Source of the DNA: Pseudomonadota bacterium
Lineage (GTDB): Bacteria > Pseudomonadota > Gammaproteobacteria > Steroidobacterales > Steroidobacteraceae
Length of the DNA: 64,000 nt
Direction: 5' to 3'
NCBI GenBank assembly: GCA_018241445.1
Contig: JAFEDT010000002.1
Span: 66,855 to 130,854 of the forward strand
Numbering within the stretch: position 1 is the first letter of the stretch; every line of letters starts with the position of its first letter. Shown here in pieces: positions 1 through 8,048 of this stretch. The position numbers were made by a program, and so were the translations under genes. The notes beneath the pieces are model-generated. The model saw only the letters and a list, made by a program, of their open reading frames with translations, was not told the DNA's origin and did no database searches.

Positions 1-371
1 CAGCGCGCCTCGTCCCACAGCTCGAAGCGGTTGCCCTGGCCGATCAGCATTCCGTGCCGCTGCAGCCGCGCGAATTCGCGCAGCTCAGGCGGCAGGAGAA
101 TCCGTCCGTGCCCGTCCAGGGGCAGATCCGTGGCATGGCCCACCATCAGCCGCTGCAACCGTCGCGCGGTGGCATTCAGGCTGGGCAAACCCATCAGCTT
201 GCGCTCGATCTGCTCCCACTCGGGCAGGGGGTAGATGAGGAGGCACTGATCCTTGTCGACGGTGACAACCAGCTTCCCTTCGGCGGCTTGCGCGAGCTGC
301 TCGCGATACCGCGTCGGCAGGACCATCCGGCCCTTGTCATCCAGGGTTATTTTTGTTGCACCGCGGAACAT
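1..371 (-). CDS. mraZ: Transcriptional regulator MraZ (3' end runs off the left edge of the window)
   Basis: Own reverse-strand translation from ATG 371-369: MFRGATKITLDDKGRMVLPTRYREQLAQAAEGKLVVTVDKDQCLLIYPLPEWEQIERKLMGLPS..., collinear with E. coli MraZ (MFRGAT..., YPLPEWE). Absent from the ORF track because no stop codon lies inside the window. Confidence 0.9.
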   Translation of the reverse strand, partial: MFRGATKITLDDKGRMVLPTRYREQLAQAAEGKLVVTVDKDQCLLIYPLPEWEQIERKLMGLPSLNATARRLQRLMVGHATDLPLDGHGRILLPPELREFARLQRHGMLIGQGNRFELWDEAR

Positions 372-392
372 GACCTGTGGGGTGCTATTGCA

Positions 393-417
393 CCCAGATT
401 CCCCCACCTGCACCCAC
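393..417 (-). promoter_or_regulatory. Putative MraZ operator: three (G/C)TGGG boxes with 10-bp phasing
   Basis: Reverse strand reads GTGGG-TGCAG-GTGGG-GGAAT-CTGGG (plus-strand CCCAG 393-397, CCCAC 403-407, CCCAC 413-417). The boxes lie 22-46 nt upstream of the mraZ ATG and just downstream of the -10 element. This is the same TGGGN-N5 direct-repeat layout described for the E. coli MraZ operator. Confidence 0.7.
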
Positions 418-425
418 TTGGTGCC

Positions 426-455
426 ACTATAGGAATCGAACAGGAACTATGTCAA
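426..455 (-). promoter_or_regulatory. Sigma70-type promoter of mraZ/dcw cluster (Pmra-like)
   Basis: Reverse strand has TTGACA (455-450), an 18-nt spacer, then TATAGT (431-426). It sits in a locally AT-richer 400-bp intergenic region, directly upstream of the GTGGG repeats and mraZ. Confidence 0.65.
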
Positions 456-778
456 TTGAAATAGTGAGAAATTCGTCGCAGTCACAACGACTTATGTGTA
501 AATCACCAGTGGGGCAGCCGTCTTGGCGCAGCTTTCGTTTTAGCAATCATCGACTTGGCTTTGGAAGCTTATACAGTTCCTTATAAATTCGCGGCCTGTA
601 CGCGGCGTTCCGTGTTGATTGATTCATCTTTGAGCCAATATTGGTTTTAATCAGATGATTTGTTTCGGTCATTTTTTCACCTGCGCACCCCGCGGGGCTC
701 GCCAAACCAACCACACGGGGTAACCAACAACCAACACACGCAGCAGCGCCTGGCAGGGGCGCCAGCGCCTGGCAAGGA

Positions 779-1147
779 TCACGCCTGGAAAGCGTGTTTG
801 ATCCACTGGATCGCCGGCTGTTCGCCGAATGCATCCTTGACCACGATCACATCGAAGCGCGCTGGCAGGCGCGCCAGCGGCGGCTGCCGCTGCAGCAGCT
901 GCGCTGCCGCGCGGATCAGATGTTGTTGCTTGCGGCGATTCACGCTCGCCGCCGCGCCGCCGTAGCGCTCACCGCTGCGGCAGCGCACTTCCGCGATGAG
1001 CAGCACCTTGCCGTCGCTGGCGACGATGTCGAGCTCACCGAGGCGGCGCCGGTAGTTGCGATCCAGGACCTGCCAGCCGCGCGCCTGCAGGAACTCGCAC
1101 GCCAGGCTCTCGGCGCGCTGTCCCAGCTGTGCTCGTGCGGTGCTCAT
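779..1147 (-). CDS. yraN: YraN/UPF0102 family endonuclease-like protein
   Basis: ORF 779..1195, probable start at the internal ATG 1147 (MSTARAQLG...). The motifs GELDIVA, YGGAAASV, RFDVIVV and WIKHAF match E. coli YraN (YGGAAASV, RFDVV, WIKDAF). It lies directly downstream of lpoA, as in enterobacteria. Confidence 0.85.
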   Translation of the reverse strand: MSTARAQLGQRAESLACEFLQARGWQVLDRNYRRRLGELDIVASDGKVLLIAEVRCRSGERYGGAAASVNRRKQQHLIRAAAQLLQRQPPLARLPARFDVIVVKDAFGEQPAIQWIKHAFQA

Positions 1148-1163
1148 GCGGGTGCTAGCGCCT

Positions 1164-2411
1164 CTACTGCGCCGCCGCCAGCGGCCGCGGCTCACCGCCG
1201 TGTATCTGCACCCACGACAGCTCGCGATGAACCCGCCGCTCGTCGTCGAGCGTCAGGCGCCCCGTCAGCCCTTCAACACTGACATTGTTGGCAACACCAC
1301 GGTGCTGCAGCGCCTGCGCCAGCAGCCAGGCGTCGTAGCCGAACGCATACAGCCGGCCGCGATACGGACCGCCGCTGGGCCAGGCCTCGCGGGCCGCCGC
1401 GCGCACGGCATCAGGCAGGTCGCCGCCAAGCATCCACGGCATGTCAGGAAACATCAGTCCGTCCAGGTCGTCATTGGCGCGCAGGTCGGGCTCGAAGGCA
1501 TCGGAAGTCGCATACGCGGGGATATCGCCGGCGTAGTGGAAGCGCAGTTGCGGGCGCAACTGACGCTCGATGTTGGCCTGGGCGGGCGAGAAGATGAACT
1601 CGATGTCGCCGCGGCGGCGCGGTTCGAACTGCAGCTTGCTGCCCAACACCGACTCCAGTCGCCGGTAGCGCGCCTTGCTGGCGCTGATCCCCAGCACCTC
1701 GGTGATTGGCGCGCTGAAGTCGGTGCGTGCGCTGTCGATCACTCCCGTTCCGACCAACTCGCCGCCGCCGGCCAGCAGCTCCTGGCGGAAAGCCGCGAGC
1801 ACCCGGTTGCCCCAGTCACCGGCCGGCACCAGCGCGACTCCGCGGCGGTGGTGATCCTGCAGCACGCGCTGCGCCGCCAGGCGCGCCTCGTTTTCGGGCG
1901 ACAGCGCGTACTGGAAGAAATCCGCGGGCGAGGCCTGTTCGGCCGGCAGGTAGTTCAGGGCCAGCAGAGGCACGTGGCGGTCGGCGCGCTGCGCGGCAGC
2001 AACGACCTCTTCGCGGATAAGCGGTCCGACGATGAAGACCGCGCCCTGGTGTGTGGCCTCGGCCAGTGCATCGGCAACACTCTGCACCCCGGTGTCGTAG
2101 ATGCGCAGCGCCGGCCGCTGCGCCGGCGGGACCTGGTAATACGCTGTCAGGAAGCCGTCGCGCACGCTCACCGCGGCGGAGTTGGCGCGCCCGGTGATCG
2201 GCAGCAGCAGCGCAATGTGCGCGCTGCCGGCTGCAACAGCCGCCGGCGTCGTCGGCCCGCCGCTGGCGGGCGATGCGTTGGCCGCCGGTGCCGTCGCGGA
2301 CCCCGGCTCGGGCGGCGGGACGAAGTCCGGACGCTGGCTCAGACTGCAGGCGCCGAGCAAAGCGGCCACACCAGCGGCCGCGAGGCGCGTGATCGAGCGG
2401 GCGGGGTGCAT
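1164..2411 (-). CDS. lpoA: Penicillin-binding protein activator LpoA-like lipoprotein (C-terminal binding-protein-like domain only)
   Basis: Part of ORF 1164..3032, start at ATG 2411 (MHPARSITRLAAAGVAALLGAC, lipobox LLGAC). An Ala/Pro-rich linker is followed by HIALLLPITGRANSAAVSVRDGFLTAYY and a type-I periplasmic-binding-protein-like fold. It is divergent from rsmI and upstream of yraN, the conserved lpoA position. Confidence 0.75.
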   Translation of the reverse strand: MHPARSITRLAAAGVAALLGACSLSQRPDFVPPPEPGSATAPAANASPASGGPTTPAAVAAGSAHIALLLPITGRANSAAVSVRDGFLTAYYQVPPAQRPALRIYDTGVQSVADALAEATHQGAVFIVGPLIREEVVAAAQRADRHVPLLALNYLPAEQASPADFFQYALSPENEARLAAQRVLQDHHRRGVALVPAGDWGNRVLAAFRQELLAGGGELVGTGVIDSARTDFSAPITEVLGISASKARYRRLESVLGSKLQFEPRRRGDIEFIFSPAQANIERQLRPQLRFHYAGDIPAYATSDAFEPDLRANDDLDGLMFPDMPWMLGGDLPDAVRAAAREAWPSGGPYRGRLYAFGYDAWLLAQALQHRGVANNVSVEGLTGRLTLDDERRVHRELSWVQIHGGEPRPLAAAQ

Positions 2412-2444
2412 CGGGTATCCTGCGGCGGTGGAAGGGAGACTATA

Positions 2445-3329
2445 GTGGCCAAGGGGCGTGGGCGGCTGCAAGTTGTCGCTACACCGATCGGCAACCTCGC
2501 GGACTTCAGCCCGCGCGCGCAGGAATCCCTGGCTGCAGCGGACGTGATCGCCGCGGAGGACACGCGCCACACCCAGATCCTGCTGCAGGCATTCGGAATC
2601 AAGCGGCCGTTGCTGTCCGTGCACGATCACAACGAGGCGCAACGCATCCCGGAAGTCATGGCGCGGCTGGCGGCCGGTGAGACCGTGGCCTTGGTGAGCG
2701 ATGCCGGAACACCTCTGCTGTCCGATCCGGGGCTGCAACTGGTGCGTGCCGCTGCGGCCGCCGGCTTCGAGATCAGCGCGATACCGGGGCCGAGCGCGAT
2801 CACCACGGCGCTCGCGGCCGCGGGCCTGCCGACCGACCGCTTCTGTTTCGAGGGCTTCCTGCCCGCCAGTGACAGCGCGCGGCGCAGCGTGCTGGCGGCG
2901 CTGGCCACGGAGCCACGTACCCTGGTGTTCTTCGAGGCGCCCCATCGCATCCTGGCGACGCTGGGCGACCTGGTGGAGCAGTTCGGCGCAGGGCGCGCCG
3001 CCGTCATGGCGCGGGAGCTGACCAAGAGCCACGAGACTTACTATCGCGGCTCACTGCAGGAACTGCTGACACGGGCGCAGACCGAAGACAACTTTGCCCG
3101 CGGAGAGATCACGCTCATCGTGCAGGGAGCGCCGACGGAGGCCGGCGGTGGCGTCGATACCGCGCTGCTGCGGCGTGCGGTGGACCTGCTGTCGCGAGAA
3201 CTGCCGCCCGGCCGTGCCGCGGCCGTGGCGGCACAGCTCACCGGGGCCACGCGTGCTGCCGCTTATGCACTGTTGCGCGACAAACACGCGGCTCCTGACG
3301 AGCCGGATGAGCACCCCGGCGCTGACTGA
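2445..3329 (+). CDS. rsmI: 16S rRNA (cytidine1402-2'-O)-methyltransferase RsmI
   Basis: C-terminal 294 codons of ORF 1056..3329, starting at GTG 2445 (VAKGRGRLQVVATPIGNLADFSPRAQESL...AEDTRHT). This is the typical RsmI N-terminus. The upstream part of the ORF is antisense to lpoA. Confidence 0.9.
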   Translation: MAKGRGRLQVVATPIGNLADFSPRAQESLAAADVIAAEDTRHTQILLQAFGIKRPLLSVHDHNEAQRIPEVMARLAAGETVALVSDAGTPLLSDPGLQLVRAAAAAGFEISAIPGPSAITTALAAAGLPTDRFCFEGFLPASDSARRSVLAALATEPRTLVFFEAPHRILATLGDLVEQFGAGRAAVMARELTKSHETYYRGSLQELLTRAQTEDNFARGEITLIVQGAPTEAGGGVDTALLRRAVDLLSRELPPGRAAAVAAQLTGATRAAAYALLRDKHAAPDEPDEHPGAD

Positions 3330-3673
3330 CCCGGCGGCGGCGAACCAGCCGCGACTGGCGAATCAGTCGGACCGACGCGATTTCCACGGGTGCGCTGGCA
3401 GGCAGCCGAGGGCCCGGCGGCAGGCTCTCGCAAGAAGTGCCCGATCGGAGTCGATTAAGGGAATCATTCACTGATCGCCCTCATCTGCGCGGGAGAAAGC
3501 GCTTTGAATTCCGGCAGTTGTCGTGCTGTTGTACGCCAACAATACTCAAGTCGCTGCTTAACTGATCGCGGGCGAACTCATGCTGCGGGCACCCTGGTGG
3601 TCGCGCGCGTCGACCGAACGCGCCGGGCCGCAACCACTGGACCCGCACCGGCCAGACCCGTATCGTTGGCGTC

Positions 3674-4057
3674 GAGAGTCGGCCGGGCAATCGCTGTTGC
3701 GGGCGCGCAAGCGCCGGTGGCGGAGGAAAGTCCGGGCTCCGGCGGATCGGGTGCCAGGTAACGCCTGGGGGGCGCGAGCCCACGGAAAGTGCAACAGAGA
3801 ACAGACCGCCCAAGTCCCTCGCGGGACCGGCAAGGGTGAAACGGTGCGGTAAGAGCGCACCGCGCCGGTGGTAACACGCGGCGGCACGGCAAACCCCACC
3901 TGGAGCAAGGCCAAATAGGGAAGCAGTCCGCACCGCAAGGTGCAGGCGGCGTTGATCCGCACGCGCTTCCGGGTAGGCCGCTTGAGGTCTGCGGTGACGC
4001 AGATCCCAGAGGAATGATTGCCCTCGACAGAACCCGGCTTACAGGCCGACTCTTACC
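3674..4057 (+). ncRNA. rnpB: RNase P RNA, bacterial type A
   Basis: Universally conserved blocks are present: GAGGAAAGTCCGGGCTC, GGGTGCCAGGTAACGCCTGGG, AGTGCAACAGAGAAC, GGTGAAACGGTGCGGTAAGAGCGCACC, GGAGCAAGGCCAAATAGGG and ACAGAACCCGGCTTA. P1 pairs AGAGTCGGCC (3675-3684) with GGCCGACTCT (4044-4053). The RNA is collinear with E. coli M1 RNA. Confidence 0.95.
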
Positions 4058-4080
4058 AGGCGCTGGCGCGCCACTGCTCA

Positions 4081-4103
4081 GCCGGTTCGCTTCGCGAACC
4101 GGC
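4081..4103. terminator. Perfect 10-bp stem / 3-nt loop hairpin between rnpB (+) and sspB (-)
   Basis: GCCGGTTCGC-TTC-GCGAACCGGC. There is no U-tract on either side, so it may act as a processing or stability element, or as a bidirectional terminator. Confidence 0.45.
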
Positions 4104-4141
4104 TACATATAGCCCGGAGCAAGACCGGAGGCGCTGGCGCC

Positions 4142-4534
4142 CTACTTCACGACTTTGAGTTGCGGGCGCCGCGGCGTCGCTGGCTCGTCGGCCGGCGGCG
4201 GCTCCGGCCCGAGGTCCTGTTCGGAGAACACCATCCCCTCCCCGGTCTCGCGCGCGTAGACACCGAGCACCGCCGCGACCGGAAAGCTGACGTGATGGGT
4301 CACGCCGGAGAAGCGCGCGTCGAACTCCACCACGTCATTTCCCATGCGCAGCGCCTGGGTGGCGCCGTCGCTCAGGTTCAGCACAATGCGTCCGTCCTTG
4401 ACGTACACCGGCGGCACGTTGGCGCCGGCATGGGAGGCGTCGACGATGACGTGCGGCGTGTGTCCCGACTCGCTGATCCACTGGTGCATTGCGCGCAGCA
4501 GGTAAGGCCGCTTTGGCAGGGTTTTTGTCTTCAC
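4142..4534 (-). CDS. sspB: Stringent starvation protein B (ClpXP adaptor SspB)
   Basis: Part of ORF 4142..4666. RPYLLRAMHQWISESGHTPHVIVD, DGRIVLNLS and the C-terminal RPQLKVVK match E. coli SspB (RPYLLRAFYEWL..., RPALRVVK). The probable GTG start at 4534 overlaps the sspA stop (GTGA). Confidence 0.9.
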   Translation of the reverse strand: MKTKTLPKRPYLLRAMHQWISESGHTPHVIVDASHAGANVPPVYVKDGRIVLNLSDGATQALRMGNDVVEFDARFSGVTHHVSFPVAAVLGVYARETGEGMVFSEQDLGPEPPPADEPATPRRPQLKVVK

Positions 4535-5154
4535 AGCAGCCGCATCTCCTGCTCGTGCCCGGACAGCGCCTCGCGAAAAGCGGGCCGCGCGAACACCGTG
4601 CGCGCATACTTTTCGATCGCCTGTGCCTGCGGACCCAGGTCGATCTCGTAGTGCGGCAGGCGCCACAGGATGGGGGCGATGCTGGCGTCCACCAGCGAGA
4701 ACTCATCCGACATGAAATAGGGCTTCACCTTGAACAGGTCTGCGCCCTGCACGATGGTGTCGCGCAGGATCTTGCGCAGCTTCACCGTCTGCTTGCGATC
4801 GGGCTCCTGGTCGATCTGGCGCGCCAGCGCGTACCAGTCGCGCTCGATGCGATACAGCGCCACGCGGAACTGCGCCCGGGTCACCGGATCGACCGGCATC
4901 AGCGGCGGATGCGGAAAGCGCTCGTCCAGGTATTCGATGATGACGCGCGAGTCGTACAGCACCAGGTCCCGGTCCACCAGCGTCGGGACACTGTGGTAAG
5001 GGTTCAGGTCCAGCAGGTCCTCGGGAAACCGGCCCGGCTCGACACTGACGATGTCGATGCCGATGCCCTTCTCCGCCAGCACGATGCGTGTACGGTGACT
5101 CCACGGATCGTCCGGGGCGGAGAACAGAGTCATCACCGATCGCCTGCTCGACAA
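4531..5154 (-). CDS. sspA: Stringent starvation protein A (GST-like RNAP-associated protein)
   Basis: 207 aa. RSVMTLFSAPDDPWSHRTRIVLAEKG...LNPYHSVPTLVDRDL...IIEYLDERFPHPPLMP...REMRLL is nearly collinear with E. coli SspA. Confidence 0.95.
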   Translation of the reverse strand: MSSRRSVMTLFSAPDDPWSHRTRIVLAEKGIGIDIVSVEPGRFPEDLLDLNPYHSVPTLVDRDLVLYDSRVIIEYLDERFPHPPLMPVDPVTRAQFRVALYRIERDWYALARQIDQEPDRKQTVKLRKILRDTIVQGADLFKVKPYFMSDEFSLVDASIAPILWRLPHYEIDLGPQAQAIEKYARTVFARPAFREALSGHEQEMRLL

Positions 5155-5220
5155 GGTTTCCGCTCCCGTCCCCTGCCTGCGGCCGCGACCCGCGGCAAGC
5201 GGGTCACAACCGGCGCCAGG

Positions 5221-6042
5221 TCAATGGACGTCTTTCCAGTACTCGCGTTTCATCTGCCAGGCGAGCCAGGTGAACAGCAGCAGGAACAGCACCACCCATA
5301 GGCCCAGGCTGCGGCGCGCCGCCTGGGTCGGCTCCGAGGCGTAGTCGAGGAAGTTCACCGTATCGCGCACGAAGCTGTCGTACTGCGCGGGCGTCAGGCG
5401 TCCCGGCGCCACCGGCTCGAAGTGATCGAACACCAGGGTGTGATTGACCTCTCCACCCTCGCCGCGCTCCTGCACGTCGCGGAACACCGCGCGCTTCAGG
5501 CCCTCCAGCTCGGACAGCACGTCCGGCATGGCGGTGGTCGGCAGGCGCAGGTTGTTGGCGCCGGTCTGGCGCGTGCTGTCGACGTAGAACGTCTTGAGAA
5601 ACTGGTACAGGTAGTCGCGGCCGCGGGCACGCGCCATCAACGACAGGTCCGGCGGCACCTTGCCGAACCAGGCCTCCGCATCCTTCGCCGGCATCGTCGT
5701 CAGGATGTAGTCGGTCGGCTTGTCGCCCGGCGGGATGAGCTGCTTCTGCAACACCTCTGCCGGAATCCCCAGGTCCGCGCCCAGGCGCGACCAGCGCTCG
5801 TACTTGATCGAGTGGCAGCCCATGCAGTAACTGACGAAATTGCGGGCACCCCGCTGTACCGACGCCACGTCGGTGACCTCGTTGTTGACCTGCCAGGTCT
5901 TCCAGTCGGCGCCGTCCTTGTTCTCCCCGGCCGCCGCAGCCGATTCCGTCGGTTCGGCGCCGCGGGCGCTGCCAGGCAGCGTCGCCGCCGCAACCAGGGC
6001 CAGCAGCAGACCCGTGCGCAGGCAGGTCAGGTCAATGCGCAT
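5221..6042 (-). CDS. petC: Cytochrome c1 of the ubiquinol-cytochrome c reductase
   Basis: 273 aa with a signal peptide, the haem motif CMGCH, PPDLS and a C-terminal membrane anchor (LGLWVVLFLLLFTWLAW). It follows petB. Confidence 0.9.
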   Translation of the reverse strand: MRIDLTCLRTGLLLALVAAATLPGSARGAEPTESAAAAGENKDGADWKTWQVNNEVTDVASVQRGARNFVSYCMGCHSIKYERWSRLGADLGIPAEVLQKQLIPPGDKPTDYILTTMPAKDAEAWFGKVPPDLSLMARARGRDYLYQFLKTFYVDSTRQTGANNLRLPTTAMPDVLSELEGLKRAVFRDVQERGEGGEVNHTLVFDHFEPVAPGRLTPAQYDSFVRDTVNFLDYASEPTQAARRSLGLWVVLFLLLFTWLAWQMKREYWKDVH

Positions 6043-7285
6043 GGTAGACCACTCTTTCAGGCACGGGCTTCACCGAATCGATCTTCGAGTACCACGGCAT
6101 CAGCCAGAAATAGGCGAAATAGATCACCGCGAAGATGCGCGCCAGTATGACGTACAGCCCTTCCGCCGGCTGCAGCCCCAGGTAACCAAGCGCCACGAAG
6201 GCGATCGCGAACAGCGTCAGCGCGATGCGCGACAGCGGTCCGCGATAGCGCATGGACTTGACCGGCGAGCGATCCAGCCACGGCAGGAACAGGAACGACA
6301 CCACCGCCAGCAGCATCAGCAGCGCACCCATACGCTGGTTGGGGACCGCGCGCAGGATTGCGTAGAACGGGGTGAAGTACCACACCGGCGCAATGTGCTC
6401 GGGGGTCGACAGCGGGTTGGCCGGCTCGAAGTTGGGGCCCTCGAGGAACAGGCCGCCGAAGGTCGGCACGAAGAACACCACGATGGCGAACAGCACGAAG
6501 AACACGCCCACGCCGACCACGTCCTTCACGGTGTAGTAGGGATGGAACGGGATGCCGTCGAGCGGCTTGCCGTCCGCCCCCAGCTTCTCCTTGATCTCGA
6601 TGCCGTCGGGATTGTTGGAGCCGGTGCGGCGCAGCGCCACCAGGTGCAGCGCCACCAGCAGCAGCAGGCCCAGCGGCAGCGCCACGACGTGCAAGGCGAA
6701 GAAGCGGTTGAGGGTGGCGTCCGCAATGCCGTAGTCCCCGCGGATCCACTCCACCAGCCCGGGCCCGATGCCGGGGATGGTGCCGAACAGGTTGACGATC
6801 ACCTGCGCGCCCCAGAACGACATGTTGCCCCACGGCAGCACGTAGCCCATGAAGGCCTCCGCCATCAGCGCCAGGTACACCAGCATCCCGAACAGCCACA
6901 GCAGTTCGCGCGGCTTCTTGTACGACCCGTACAAAAGAGCGCGGAACATGTGCAGGTACACGACAATGAAGAACGCCGAGGCGCCGCTGGAATGCAGGTA
7001 GCGGATCAGCCAGCCGAAGCGCACCTCACGCATGATGTACTCGACCGAGTCGAACGAGGTCGCCTCCCCCACCTTGTAGAACATGGTGAGGAAGATGCCG
7101 GTTACGAGCTGCAGCACCAGCACCAGCAGCGCCAACGAGCCGAAGAAGTACCAGATGTTGAAATTCTTGGGCGCGTAGTAGCCGGTGAGCTGCTCCTCGA
7201 TGAACTCCGAGACCGGCAGGCGCTTGTTGATCCAGGCCCACAACCCGGACTTTGCCGGCGCGGTGCCGGCAGGCTGAGCGGCCAT
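6032..7285 (-). CDS. petB: Cytochrome b of the bc1 complex
   Basis: 417-aa polytopic protein with typical cytochrome b features (YAPKNFNIWYFFGSLAL..., RYLHSSGASAFF, PEWYF-like APVWYFTPFYAILR). It overlaps petC by 11 nt and petA by 1 nt. Confidence 0.95.
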   Translation of the reverse strand: MAAQPAGTAPAKSGLWAWINKRLPVSEFIEEQLTGYYAPKNFNIWYFFGSLALLVLVLQLVTGIFLTMFYKVGEATSFDSVEYIMREVRFGWLIRYLHSSGASAFFIVVYLHMFRALLYGSYKKPRELLWLFGMLVYLALMAEAFMGYVLPWGNMSFWGAQVIVNLFGTIPGIGPGLVEWIRGDYGIADATLNRFFALHVVALPLGLLLLVALHLVALRRTGSNNPDGIEIKEKLGADGKPLDGIPFHPYYTVKDVVGVGVFFVLFAIVVFFVPTFGGLFLEGPNFEPANPLSTPEHIAPVWYFTPFYAILRAVPNQRMGALLMLLAVVSFLFLPWLDRSPVKSMRYRGPLSRIALTLFAIAFVALGYLGLQPAEGLYVILARIFAVIYFAYFWLMPWYSKIDSVKPVPERVVYHAH

Positions 7286-7893
7286 CAGGCGGCTCCTTTC
7301 TCGTCAGCCCCGATGAGCAGGGTGCGCGGGTTGGGATAGGAGTACGGCGGCACGCGCAGGTTTATGGAAGCGGGCGAACCGTTGAACACCCGCCCCGCCA
7401 GGTCGAAGCGCGACCCGTGGCAGGGACAGAAAAATCCGCCCGGCCAGCTTGCGTACAGTTCCCCGGCGGCGAAGCGTTGCTTGGGCAGGCAGCCCAGGTG
7501 GGTGCAGGTGCCGACCAGGACCAGGAACTCGCTGGTGCGCGAACGCTGGTCATTGCGGGCGTAGGCAGGCTGGTCAGACTGGGTGGACTGCGGATCCTTG
7601 AGGTCGGCATTGTGCCCCTCGATCCGCGCGACCATGTCGGGCGTGCGCCGGACCACGTAGATGGGCTGCTTGCGCCACACGGTGGTGGCCATCTGGCCCG
7701 GGTCGATCTTGGCCAGGTCCAGCTCCACCGGGGCGCCCTGCGCCCTTGCGCGCTCCGAGGGTGCCCAGGACTCGATGAAGGGGACTACCGCGAATACGGC
7801 GCCCACCGCACCGGTCGCCGCGGTGGCCTTCGTCAGGAATTTGCGCCGATCCAGGTCGATGTCGCCGTCGGCAACGGCTGCGTGATCCGCCAT
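7285..7893 (-). CDS. petA: Rieske 2Fe-2S subunit of the bc1 complex
   Basis: 202 aa with a Tat-like RRKFL signal anchor and the Rieske boxes CTHLGC and CPCHGS. Confidence 0.95.
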   Translation of the reverse strand: MADHAAVADGDIDLDRRKFLTKATAATGAVGAVFAVVPFIESWAPSERARAQGAPVELDLAKIDPGQMATTVWRKQPIYVVRRTPDMVARIEGHNADLKDPQSTQSDQPAYARNDQRSRTSEFLVLVGTCTHLGCLPKQRFAAGELYASWPGGFFCPCHGSRFDLAGRVFNGSPASINLRVPPYSYPNPRTLLIGADEKGAA

Positions 7894-8048
7894 CCCACCC
7901 TCTGTATTCTGCTGCTGTCAGACCCGCCGCACTGCCTGCCAGCCACCGCTGCTCATTCTCAATCAGAGCCGGCGGGCGCAGTTTCGTACCTTGCGGGGGG
8001 CGGCGCATTATACACAGGCGTCCCGTCACCCGGGGCAGGAGTGATCCC

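Noticed and set aside
410-427. TGGCAC element on the reverse strand (possible sigma-54 promoter for mraZ)
   Set aside because: The downstream GC dinucleotide is 2 nt too far for the GG-N10-GC spacing, and the -12 TTGC is absent. The TGGCAC is better explained as the junction of the -10 region and the first MraZ box.
431-447. T-loop-like GTTCGATTCC on the reverse strand (possible tRNA)
   Set aside because: No matching T-stem, acceptor stem or anticodon arm can be drawn. The sequence is simply the spacer of the mraZ promoter.
1056-2444. N-terminal 463 codons of the 757-aa plus-strand ORF that ends as rsmI
   Set aside because: This part is antisense to lpoA and has no motifs. RsmI homology begins only at the GTG at 2445, so the long extension is a shadow frame.
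3330-3673. 340-bp gap between rsmI and rnpB, with a TTGTCG-N17-AATACT promoter-like match at 3518-3546 and short ORFs
   Set aside because: The ORFs have no coding signature. The promoter-like match lies about 130 nt upstream of the mature RNase P RNA 5' end and is too weak to call without transcript mapping.
5840-7339. 499-aa plus-strand ORF
   Set aside because: It is antisense to petB/petC, with a His/Arg/Gln-rich nonsense composition. The bc1 genes on the minus strand are unambiguous.
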